DNA from: Candidatus Jordarchaeales archaeon
GTDB taxonomy: Archaea; Asgardarchaeota; Jordiarchaeia; Jordiarchaeales; Freyrarchaeaceae
DNA: 19,263 nt
Direction of reading: 5' to 3'
NCBI GenBank assembly: GCA_038858525.1
Contig: JAWCFL010000026.1
Span: 1 to 19,263, forward strand
Shown: in pieces, positions 7,807 to 15,635 of the stretch
Layout of the letters: each line of letters begins with the position of its first letter
Position numbering within the stretch: position 1 is the first letter of the stretch
The notes under the pieces: generated by a model
Seen by the model: the letters and a program-made list of their open reading frames with translations, nothing else
Told to the model about the DNA's origin: nothing
The model's database searches: none
Translations under genes and position numbers: made by a program

Positions 7807-8094
7807 GACGAGCGTGAACGTAAAGGCCTCCACTTAAAATGAGAGGCTCTTCCTAATGGTTCAAACCACTATTACTATTAAGCCTATTTAATGTGGCCTC
7901 TGACCGACATAGAGTTCACTGAAATGCAAAATCATGCATCCTAGTAACTATATTCGCCTGGATAGTTCGGTGGACTCTTAAGAGTATTAAATTTAATTTA
8001 AATTGTTTAACGAAGGAAGCTGGTTGTCGAGTGCTTATTCGGAAAAGGATAGTGGGAGTTTTACGGGTCTTTACTGTTTTCTCCTGCCGGTTTG

Positions 8095-8472
8095 CTAGAA
8101 GAGTTTTAGCCCTAACGTTTCTAGTGGTTTAAAGTGTTTGTAGTTTAAGGTAAAAAGTTCGGCGTTATTGTTGATGGCTATTGCCGCTATCATGGCGTCT
8201 GTCCTCCGTACTGGAGTGCCCTTCTTTTCTGCTTCAAGTTCCAGTTTTGCCGCCAACACAGCGTCTTTCTTGGTGTAGTCAAGCACATGAAGCTCCAGCA
8301 ATTCTTCGATGGGCTTAGCGTACTTATAAAGGCCGTAAAGTATTTCGTGGAGGTTTATAGCGGTAGTGCAGACGGTATCCCCACTCTCCACTATGCGTTT
8401 CAGCAGGTGGTCGCCCTTCTCCGACTTTTTATCCATGATTTCTATGAGGATATCGGTGTCCACTATTATCAT
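8095..8472 (-). CDS. vapC: PIN-domain VapC toxin (second module)
   Basis: 'IVDTDILI', 'INLHEILYG', 'RTDAMIAAIA', 'TLNYKHF'. 125 aa, with an ATGA overlap with the upstream antitoxin. Confidence 0.9.
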   Translation of the reverse strand: MIIVDTDILIEIMDKKSEKGDHLLKRIVESGDTVCTTAINLHEILYGLYKYAKPIEELLELHVLDYTKKDAVLAAKLELEAEKKGTPVRRTDAMIAAIAINNNAELFTLNYKHFKPLETLGLKLF

Positions 8473-8681
8473 CTACGCTCCTCCCTTAAAGACGAAATCT
8501 CCGAGATCATTTTCTCCTTGTCTGAGAACTCGACGCGCCCTCTAAGCTTCACGAGCACGTTAACGCTTCCTCCTGCGCTTTCAATAAGCCTCTCGAACAA
8601 CTCACTGAAGCTCTCGCCGGGACGTTTAACAGCCATTAAACGCCTGTAAACGTCATCCCTAATAGTAATCGTTTTGGTCAT
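8469..8681 (-). CDS. vapB: Archaeal VapB antitoxin (DUF217-like RHH type, second module)
   Basis: 'MTKTITIRDDVYRRL..VKRPGESFSELFERLI' is the typical archaeal antitoxin N-terminus. 70 aa, 4-bp overlap with the PIN gene. Confidence 0.88.
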   Translation of the reverse strand: MTKTITIRDDVYRRLMAVKRPGESFSELFERLIESAGGSVNVLVKLRGRVEFSDKEKMISEISSLREERR

Positions 8682-8700
8682 GTAGCATCCCTAGGAGTTA

Positions 8701-8725
8701 TATGTTTAAACATACATTTAAACAT
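8701..8725. promoter_or_regulatory. Palindromic operator overlapping the TATA box of the second vapBC
   Basis: Perfect 14-bp palindrome TATGTTTAAACATA (8701-8714) plus a second TTTAAACAT copy (8717-8725), 20-45 nt upstream of ATG 8681. Confidence 0.65.
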
Positions 8726-8831
8726 TATCAGTCGCCGAAAACGTATACCGGGAAAGAAACAAGAAATAAGGAAAAGCAGAGTTGTGCTTTTTCCGTAAAA
8801 CGGAATTATAAAAGGGAAAAGGTTGGTAGAG

Positions 8832-9287
8832 TTATGCTGGAACGAAGACATAGTATGGGTTACCCTCTTTCGATATCGCGGTTTCTACTTTCAACTTCAT
8901 CCCGGGCTTGATCTTCTCTTTGAGCTCCGCTGGGTCCGGCTTCACTCCTTTTAGCCAGCCTACGGCTTTCAGTCCCTCTTTCAACTTCGCTACGGCAACT
9001 ATGTATGTTTCTTCTTGGGCGAATGAGGATGGCTTAACCATGACGGCTGTGGCTGTCAGGAGCTCCGCTTCTTTGCTGAGCTCGACCCATTCAACTTCTG
9101 AGGAGTAGCAACTTGGACAGTCCGCCTGTGGTGGGAAGGTCATCCTTCCACAATTTTTGCATTTCGTTGTCAGGAACTTGCCCTGCTTAAGTCCTTCCCA
9201 GAACGGTAAGGTTTTACTTATTGGTAGCTTGTAAATCAATGTGAGGGGTCTCGAAGCTATGAATGGCTTTTCCTCTTTCTTAGACAT
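8832..9287 (-). CDS. DUF35 (zinc-ribbon + OB-fold) acyl-CoA-binding/scaffold partner of thiolase
   Basis: 'FWEGLKQGK...KCKNCG..FPPQADCPSC' (2x CxxC) followed by an OB-fold ('YIVAVAKL', 'IKPGMKLK'). Lies 17 nt downstream of the thiolase, RBS GGAGGG. Confidence 0.9.
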   Translation of the reverse strand: MSKKEEKPFIASRPLTLIYKLPISKTLPFWEGLKQGKFLTTKCKNCGRMTFPPQADCPSCYSSEVEWVELSKEAELLTATAVMVKPSSFAQEETYIVAVAKLKEGLKAVGWLKGVKPDPAELKEKIKPGMKLKVETAISKEGNPYYVFVPA

Positions 9288-9304
9288 TGCTCATCCCTCC
9301 TTCA

Positions 9305-10465
9305 TTATTTTCGGCTCAGTATTGTTATGTAAGCGTAGTGTCCTGTTCCTCCAACGTTGTGAGCCAGAGCATAGCCGTGCTTTATGGGTGCCTGATTGCT
9401 TTTAATGTATTCTCCTCTCAGCTGCTTGGTCAAGCTGTAGATCATGCTTGTCCCAGTTGCGCCTATCGGGTGTCCTTTCGCTTTTAGTCCGCCGTCAACG
9501 TTTATCGGGATCTTCCCGCCTATGTATGTTTGTCCTTCCTCTACGAGCTTGTAGGCTTCGCCCCGCCCGCAGAAGCCTATGTCCTCCATTGCCATTAGTT
9601 CAGCTATCGTGAAGCAGTCGTGGACGTTTGCCACGTCTATCTTGTCAGGAGTTATCTTTGCCTTCTTGAACGCCTTCTCCGCCGCTACTTGCGCCGCCTT
9701 AAGCCCTACGAAGCTCTCCCTCTTGCTGAGGTTGGCGGAGCCACCGCATCCCTCGATCGCTTCTATCCAGACAGGTGTGTCAGTTAGCTTCTTCGCCTTT
9801 TCCTCGGCCGCCAATATGACGGTTGCGGATCCGTCCGTTATCGGGCAGCAGTCAAATAGCTTTAGGGGCCAAGCTATGTAGGGTGACTTGAGCACTTGCT
9901 CAACAGTTATCTCCTGCCTGAACTGGGCGTACGGGTTTGTCGCCGCATACTTGTGGTTTTTGACTGCGACCATGGCGAGGTGCTCCTCGCTCGCGCCGTA
10001 CTGGTTTAGGTAGGCTGTTGCGTGTAGCGCGTAATAGCCGGGGAAGGTTAAGCCGAAGTGCTGAAACTCCCAGAAGAAGAAGCCCGCCCTGCCTATAAGC
10101 TCAACTATGTAGGGCGTGTCGAGCTCTGTCATCTTCTCACACCCAACAGCCATGGCGACGTCCACCTTCCCGCTTGCGACAGCGTTGTAAGCCATGGAGA
10201 GAGCCGCTGACGACGTGGCGCATGCAGCCTCAACTCTTAATAGTTCAGCGTTGTAAAGCTCGGCGTAGTCCGCTATGGCGACTGCGGGAAGCGTCTCCTC
10301 GCAGAAGCCGCCGTTACCGACCACAAGGAAAGGTATGTCTTCAGGAGCAAGTCCAGCATCTTCCAGCGCCGGCTTGATGGACTCAAATGCGAGCTCACCC
10401 AGGTTAACATCGTCTCTCCTGCCAAACTTCGAGTGCCCTACTCCAACCACGGCAACTCTCCTCAT
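9305..10465 (-). CDS. acaB: Archaeal/SCP2-type thiolase (acetyl-CoA C-acetyltransferase family)
   Basis: 'RVEAACA' (catalytic Cys), 'HDCF', 'GGLKAKGHPIGATG' and 'HNVGGTG' motifs. 386 aa, paired with DUF35. Confidence 0.9.
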   Translation of the reverse strand: MRRVAVVGVGHSKFGRRDDVNLGELAFESIKPALEDAGLAPEDIPFLVVGNGGFCEETLPAVAIADYAELYNAELLRVEAACATSSAALSMAYNAVASGKVDVAMAVGCEKMTELDTPYIVELIGRAGFFFWEFQHFGLTFPGYYALHATAYLNQYGASEEHLAMVAVKNHKYAATNPYAQFRQEITVEQVLKSPYIAWPLKLFDCCPITDGSATVILAAEEKAKKLTDTPVWIEAIEGCGGSANLSKRESFVGLKAAQVAAEKAFKKAKITPDKIDVANVHDCFTIAELMAMEDIGFCGRGEAYKLVEEGQTYIGGKIPINVDGGLKAKGHPIGATGTSMIYSLTKQLRGEYIKSNQAPIKHGYALAHNVGGTGHYAYITILSRK

Positions 10466-10659
10466 AATAACCCCTCAAACTCCTATCCGGATGGAAGAAG
10501 ATTCAAACCAAATAAAAAACTTCTGGAAACAGCTGAGTGCGAAAGAAGCATAAACAAACAAAATCAGGTGGACGATGGAAAAAATAAAGACCCATTGAGG
10601 TGCTGGGACCCAAATCGGACCATTTATCAGGACCGAATTTCAATATGAAGTTCACGTGG

Positions 10660-11080
10660 TCAGAATTCTTTTATGTCTATTCCGCTCTTCTCGAGGCTGT
10701 GAGCTACGCTCCTCAGAAATTCCTTTAGGTCTTCAAGGTTGTAATTGATAAGGTCGTAAACTTTTTTCACGTCTATCTTTGTGTAAGCATGAGCGATGAT
10801 ATGCCTGAACTTAGCCATTGACGCCAGTATTTTAGCTAGGTCCGGCGGTATTATCTTCTCTTCGCTTAAAACATTGAACGCGTCAGCATAACTTTCAGGT
10901 GTTCTGAGTCCTAGTCTGGGATATGATTTTAAGTGATATGTCAATGCAGCCTTGCACTGCGATGTAGAGGTTCCATAGGGTTGCGCTGAGCAAAATCCGG
11001 TCGCTGGCTATCTCGTCCAGGCATTTCCTTCTAAGCTCTTCAAGCGTTTTCAAGGCTTCAGCGACGTGGTCGATGAGCAT
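10660..11080 (-). pseudogene. hepT: HepT/DUF86 HEPN RNase toxin, split by a +1 frameshift
   Basis: ORF 10895-11080 gives '...AVQGCIDISLKIIS' and ORF 10660-10944 gives 'RLGLRTPESYADAF...FRHIIAHAY' (RX4H + Tyr). Removing one G from GGG at 10918-10920 joins them into a 139-aa protein. Confidence 0.85.
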
Positions 11081-11465
11081 TGTAGAAGCCTCCTAAACTT
11101 TTCTTCCCTCAACCTAGATATGTCGTCTTTAAGCTCCAATGCTGAAACAAGCGTGTCGAATAGAAAGCCCCGGTGTGCCTCTTCGTCTTTGACTATGATA
11201 ACTTTGCCCTTCCTGACAACATTATACCTGAATAGTGGGGGGCATCGTTTAGCAGTCTGACATCCACTTCGATGTTTGCCGGAAGGCATGCGAGAAGATT
11301 CATGAATTTTTCGTGGCTTGTATCCTTAAGATAAACTGCTACGTCCAAATCGCTAAACTTGCCAGCCTTACCCTCGACCTGTGAACCGTAAACGTAGGCG
11401 AAAGCCACGTCAGAGTTTTTTTCTAGCGATTTTCTAACAGCCTCAATTAACGAAGCGGAAGCCAC
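11050..11465 (-). pseudogene. mntA: MntA minimal nucleotidyltransferase antitoxin, split by a -1 frameshift
   Basis: 'AYVYGSQVEG..GKFSDLDVAVY...VDVRLLNDAP' continues in another frame as 'PLFRYNVVRKGKVI'. Adding one G to the G6 run at 11237-11242 restores a ~138-aa protein. Likely start is GTG 11465 after GAGGTG (alternative 11474). Confidence 0.85.
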
Positions 11466-11659
11466 AAGCCACACCTCAATACAAATTGAAACAAAACGTG
11501 TTTAAAAGTAACGCCGCAAACGGATTTTTTCCTCTTCCCGTTTTCTGCGTTTTCGACTAGGAGGATTTTCGGAGAGCGGCGCTCGAAGAGATGCATGAAC
11601 ATTATTGCGCTGAGAAGGAATTACTTTCGATTGCAGGGACTCTTATTTGTGGTAAAGGG

Positions 11660-12493
11660 TTAGCGCTTGTAATACAGGTTTTTGAGGAGTATGGCGTCCC
11701 CTTCTAGGTTTGGGCTTTCAGAAACCACGACGCCTTTCAGGTTGAACTCCTTCCACGTCTCGACGAGATCTAAATATTTCAGGTCTGATTCTTCGAGGTT
11801 GACGTGGTTTTGCTCCCCTTTCTTTGTGTACTCTATTCCTGATACGTGGATGTGCATGTTGTCGAGGAGCTCTCTTCCAAGCTCGCTCTCGACGTACGAA
11901 AGTATCTCGGCGAACTCTTCCCGAGAATTATACTTGCCCCCCGTCCTAGCATGGATGTGAGCAAAGTCGATGCATGGCAGAACCATTTCGACCTCCTTAC
12001 TCAGCTGAACTAGCTCCTGGAGGCTTCCGAACTGCGACCCCTTACCCGTCGTCTCGGGTCTCACCCAGACCTCTACTCCCTCCTCCTTAAGGATCTTAAC
12101 TATGTCTTTCAGACATTCTTTAACTTTGTCGTAGACTTTCCCGGGAGGATCCTTCATATACGTGGCGGCGTGAAAAGTTATAGAGGAAGCCCCTGCTACA
12201 TGCGCCACCTTTGCAGTGTCAAGTATTCTCTTCATGCTTGCCTCAACCTTCTCTTTCTCTCTAGAGTTCAAGTTTATGTAGTAGGGTCCGTGCGCCGTGA
12301 GCGCCACGTCGACCTCCCTAGCGGTGGATTTAACCTTGGCTGCCGTGTCGGGAGGCATTCTAACTCCATAGACGAACTCGAGCTCCATGGCGTCAAGTCC
12401 AAGCTCAGCGGTCTTCCTAACGCCTTCAACAGCACTTCTATTCTTCGTTAGCGCTAGGGGTATTCCCGCGGGGCCGAAGCGCAACTTGTCCAA
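11660..12493 (-). CDS. nfo: Endonuclease IV (AP endonuclease, archaeal type)
   Basis: 'LRFGPAGIP', 'HGPYYINLNS', 'PETTGK', 'CIDFAHIHAR', 'HIHVSGI' and 'ESPNLE' metal-binding pattern. TTG start after GGAGGTGA, which contains the upstream gene's stop. Confidence 0.9.
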   Translation of the reverse strand: MDKLRFGPAGIPLALTKNRSAVEGVRKTAELGLDAMELEFVYGVRMPPDTAAKVKSTAREVDVALTAHGPYYINLNSREKEKVEASMKRILDTAKVAHVAGASSITFHAATYMKDPPGKVYDKVKECLKDIVKILKEEGVEVWVRPETTGKGSQFGSLQELVQLSKEVEMVLPCIDFAHIHARTGGKYNSREEFAEILSYVESELGRELLDNMHIHVSGIEYTKKGEQNHVNLEESDLKYLDLVETWKEFNLKGVVVSESPNLEGDAILLKNLYYKR

Positions 12494-12497
12494 CCAC

Positions 12498-13664
12498 TCA
12501 CCTCCTCATCGACGAGAGGAACTCCCGTATTTTCTCAACTCCCTCAAGTATGCTCTTCATCGAAGCTGCATAGCTTATTCTTACGTGACCCTCACCTCCC
12601 AGCCCGAAGACTTTCCCGGGCGTCACACAAACACCTTCCTCCTTCAGCAGCTCCTCAGCGAAAGCCACACTGTCCTCGACGTAGGCTGATAGGTCTGGAA
12701 AAACGTAGAACGCTCCCTTTGGCGTTGGGCAGTAAACGCCGTCTATTTCGTTTAGAGCTTTGACTAAGGCGCGCCTCCGCCTGTCGTACTCTCTCCTCAT
12801 TTCCTCGACGCAGTCTTGTGGTCCCCTGAGCGCTTCCAGCGCGGCTTTCTGGACGAAGCTTGCAGCGCACGTGGTCGTGTTCTGCTGTATCTTGGACATA
12901 GCGTTCACTAATTCTCTTGAGGCAACAGCGTAACCAACCCTCCACCCAGTCATAGCGTAACTCTTCGAGAAACCGTGGATTAACACAGAGATGCCTCTAG
13001 CATCCTCGAAGCTTAGGATGCTCGTCTGCCTAAAGCCGTCATAAGTTAGCCCGTCATATATCTCGTCGGACATTATGTAGAACCCGTGGTCGACGGCGAG
13101 GTCAACAACCGCCTTCATCTCGTCCCTGCTGATCACGCCCCCCGTTGGGTTATTGGGGGAGTTAAGGATAATCATCTTCGTTTTCTCGCTGATAGCTTCT
13201 TTCACCGCTTCCTCATCTAGCGAGTAATCCCTGCTGAGAGGAACCTCACGTGGAATTCCACCAGCAAACCGTGCTATGTCCTTGTAGGTTGGCCATACAG
13301 GACTAGGAATTATTACCTCGTCGCCCGGCTCAAGGAGAGCCAGGATGGCGCAGAATATCGCGTGCTTGGCGCCTGGTGTCACTATGACTTCCTCCACATC
13401 GACTTCGCAACCAGACTTCTCCCTAATCCAGGAGGCTATTGCGCTCCTTAACTCAGGGATACCCTTACTCTCAGTGTATTTCACCAAGCCTTCTTCTAGT
13501 GCCTTCACAGCTGCGTCCTTAATGTGGCTGGGAGTGTCGAAGTCAGGCTCTCCTACCTCCAAGTGAATCACTGTTTTTCCTTCTTTCTCCATTCGTCGAG
13601 CCAACTCCAGCATTCCAATAGTGCCTGAAGAGGGAAGAATTGACATTCTGCTTGCAAGCTTCAA
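12498..13664 (-). CDS. aspC: PLP-dependent class I/II aminotransferase (aspartate aminotransferase-like), ~388 aa
   Basis: 'GEPDFDTP', 'NSPNNPTG', 'SDEIYD', 'GFSKSYAMTGWRVGY' (PLP Lys) and 'HVRISYA'. Start trimmed from 13793 to TTG 13664 (LKLASRM), which follows GAAGGGTGA. Substrate specificity not provable. Confidence 0.85.
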   Translation of the reverse strand: MKLASRMSILPSSGTIGMLELARRMEKEGKTVIHLEVGEPDFDTPSHIKDAAVKALEEGLVKYTESKGIPELRSAIASWIREKSGCEVDVEEVIVTPGAKHAIFCAILALLEPGDEVIIPSPVWPTYKDIARFAGGIPREVPLSRDYSLDEEAVKEAISEKTKMIILNSPNNPTGGVISRDEMKAVVDLAVDHGFYIMSDEIYDGLTYDGFRQTSILSFEDARGISVLIHGFSKSYAMTGWRVGYAVASRELVNAMSKIQQNTTTCAASFVQKAALEALRGPQDCVEEMRREYDRRRRALVKALNEIDGVYCPTPKGAFYVFPDLSAYVEDSVAFAEELLKEEGVCVTPGKVFGLGGEGHVRISYAASMKSILEGVEKIREFLSSMRR

Positions 13665-13868
13665 AAAGTTCACCCTTCTAAAGGTGCTAAAAACCATAAA
13701 AATAAGGATTTTGCCTTTCCCCGAATAAAGAACATTCTTGAATTTGTTGCATTCAATGCAAAAATCACAGATGAAAACGTAATATTTTTTCATGGTTCGT
13801 GATTGGAATTAATTTACCGCAAACAATATAATCGATAATTGAGAAAGACATAATGTAGGTGATATTGC

Positions 13869-14129
13869 TTGATGGACGTTAACGTTTGGAGTCTATCAAG
13901 GGAAGCGGAAAACGGAAGAATTAAGGTTAAGGCCCTAGCACTCAGAAGCGAGCTGGAGAGATACGGGCTGACAACTGAGGAGAAGGTGAAGGGTGCTTGG
14001 GAGATGGCAGTGAGGGAAGTAATGAAGCGTGGCAACGGAAGCCATGTGAAGATTACGGGTGTTAAGTTCCTTAACGTTTACTGCTTGGTTGAAATGGAGG
14101 TCTCCCGTGGAAACGGTGAGTTCCCTTAA
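13869..14129 (+). CDS. Hypothetical protein (85-86 aa)
   Basis: RBS AGGTGA before TTG/ATG (13869/13872), TATA-like AATATAA upstream, protein-like composition. No family recognised. Confidence 0.6.
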   Translation: MMDVNVWSLSREAENGRIKVKALALRSELERYGLTTEEKVKGAWEMAVREVMKRGNGSHVKITGVKFLNVYCLVEMEVSRGNGEFP

Positions 14130-14210
14130 ACATAAGCGATTTTATCCAATGATGTGACGCGCAGACTCTAAGGAAAATTTGTTAGTCGCTTCGTTCCTGT
14201 GGTGGGTTTA

Positions 14211-14720
14211 TTGATTAAGCTGGTGATTTTTGACGCTGATGAGACGCTGTGGCATGTTGAGGAGGGGTATGCGAGCACCCTTGTGCTCCCTCTTAGAAAG
14301 GTTAACGATGGCTTGGTCATTGATGCCGTTGGCGTGAAGGTTTGGCTTTTTCATGGTGTTAGGGAGCTACTTGAGGGGTTGAGGAGGAGAGGAGTCATAG
14401 TTTCTCTCGCTAGTGCCAATGACGAAGAGCCTAACAAGGTTAAGTTACTCCTCGAGTTGTTTGGGATAATGAGGTATTTTTCTTTTCCACAGGTGAACTG
14501 GCAGAAAAAGTCTCAGAACGTAAGAAAAATAGTCGAGCTGGTCAGAGAAAAATTGGGGGTCAACTTAGACTTTGAGGAGGTAATTTTCATCGATGACTCG
14601 GAGTTTAACGTGACAGACGTGAAAAATAGATGTCCGGGGGTTAAGGCTTTCCGAGTAGGGCGCGATATTCCTAGTATTGCGTTACTTTATGAAAATCTGG
14701 ACTCATTTCTCCAAGCCTAA
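14211..14720 (+). CDS. HAD-IIIC magnesium-dependent phosphatase-1 (MDP-1)-like
   Basis: DxDxT 'FDADETLW', motif II 'SLASAN', Lys in 'WQKKS' and motif IV 'IFIDD...N'. Likely TTG start at 14211 after GGTGGG (ORF open from 14199). Confidence 0.85.
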   Translation: MIKLVIFDADETLWHVEEGYASTLVLPLRKVNDGLVIDAVGVKVWLFHGVRELLEGLRRRGVIVSLASANDEEPNKVKLLLELFGIMRYFSFPQVNWQKKSQNVRKIVELVREKLGVNLDFEEVIFIDDSEFNVTDVKNRCPGVKAFRVGRDIPSIALLYENLDSFLQA

Positions 14721-14750
14721 CTGGGACCATTTTTCTGTTACGGTATTTTT

Positions 14751-14806
14751 GGATGATTACTCATTAACAGGGCTCTGTGAGGTCTTTTTCTAATCGTCCC
14801 TTTTTT
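14751..14806 (+). terminator. Stem-loop followed by T6 tract downstream of MDP-1
   Basis: GGATGATTA (14751-14759) pairs with TAATCGTCC (14791-14799; 9 bp, one G-U), then TTTTTT at 14801-14806. Confidence 0.45.
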
Positions 14807-14857
14807 AAGCGTGCAATCATTTCAGCAATTAGCGCAGTCCTCACGTAAAATACAACC

Positions 14858-14889
14858 AAGAAATATAAGGTCAGCAGTATATTACTGCT
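14858..14889 (+). promoter_or_regulatory. BRE-TATA followed by a 17-bp palindromic operator, upstream of DUF47-guaA
   Basis: AAG-AAATATAAGG (14858-14870), then AGCAGTA-TAT-TACTGCT (14873-14889, perfect 7-bp arms). Confidence 0.55.
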
Positions 14890-14972
14890 CCATGGGAAAA
14901 GAAATTTTAAAAGCCAGCTACCTTTTCCTTTCTTAAAAAGAAGTGCTTGTTGAGTAAGAAGGGTGGCGCCTT

Positions 14973-15626
14973 ATGATTTTGTGGTCTGAGAGCGAGAAGA
15001 GTGTTCTTGAGGATATTAGGTTGCAGAGTGAAGATGTTGTGTCGTGTCTATCCATTATGGAGGAGATATTCGTAAGTATGCTCTCTGGAAGGAAGAAGGA
15101 CATTCAGAAGAAGGTTGAGGAGTTTGCCTTGCTTAGGAGTAAGGTGGATGAGGCTAGAAGAAAGATTCTGATCAAGCTTTCAAATTGGAGCTCGAACCTT
15201 GTTGACAGGGAAGACCTTGTTCACCTTACTGGTAAGATTGACGCTGTGGCTGGGAGCGCTGGCTTCGCTATCAGTAACCTGACAATTCTGAGGGGAGATG
15301 TTGTTCGGAGGGTGCTTGGGAAGGAGGAGTTTTCCACCATGATTAAAGACGCTTTAAAGTGTGCTAGAATGCTCAACGACGCAGTGGCTGGCTTCGTTAA
15401 TGGTAAGGATGTCGCGTCTATGATTGACAATGTTGACAGAGTGGAGCATGTGGTTGACGAGAAGCACCTTGTGCTCAGGAGGAAGCTACAGGATGACGAG
15501 TTCGCGGATGTCCCCATGACGTTGGCTATAGGAGTTTCACGGGTCATAGATGGGATTGAGGGGGTAGCTGACAGGTCTGAGGAAGCCGCTGAGATCCTGA
15601 GGACGATATTAACGAAGTTGAGGTGA
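14973..15626 (+). CDS. DUF47 / PhoU-like phosphate-transport-regulator family protein
   Basis: Two helical repeats with 'D..RRKI...L......DREDL..L...ID.VA' and 'E..VD.......KL...IEGVADRSEEAAE.L' patterns. 217 aa. Confidence 0.75.
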   Translation: MILWSESEKSVLEDIRLQSEDVVSCLSIMEEIFVSMLSGRKKDIQKKVEEFALLRSKVDEARRKILIKLSNWSSNLVDREDLVHLTGKIDAVAGSAGFAISNLTILRGDVVRRVLGKEEFSTMIKDALKCARMLNDAVAGFVNGKDVASMIDNVDRVEHVVDEKHLVLRRKLQDDEFADVPMTLAIGVSRVIDGIEGVADRSEEAAEILRTILTKLR

Positions 15627-15635
15627 GATGATAGG

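Noticed and set aside
7838-7904. Possible C/D sRNA (ATGAGA...CTGA) between the vapBC modules
   Set aside because: The pairing register does not give K-turn G-A pairs and there are no internal D'/C' boxes.
10590-10634. GGACC repeated three times upstream of the thiolase
   Set aside because: Only 5 bp with irregular spacing (11 and 13 nt), so it is neither a CRISPR remnant nor a convincing operator.
10918-11242. Programmed ribosomal frameshifting to express mntA and hepT
   Set aside because: Neither site has a canonical X-XXY-YYZ heptamer or an evident stimulatory structure, and the homologous families are normally continuous ORFs.
13665-13793. Cys-containing 43-aa N-terminal extension of the aminotransferase (MKKYYVFICDFCIEC...)
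   Set aside because: It lies in AT-rich promoter-like DNA. A better RBS and TTG start at 13664 gives the normal ~390-aa length, so it is not treated as a zinc-finger fusion.
14149-14201. Possible C/D sRNA (ATGATGT...CTAA...CTGT) before MDP-1
   Set aside because: All boxes are degenerate and there is no CUGA.
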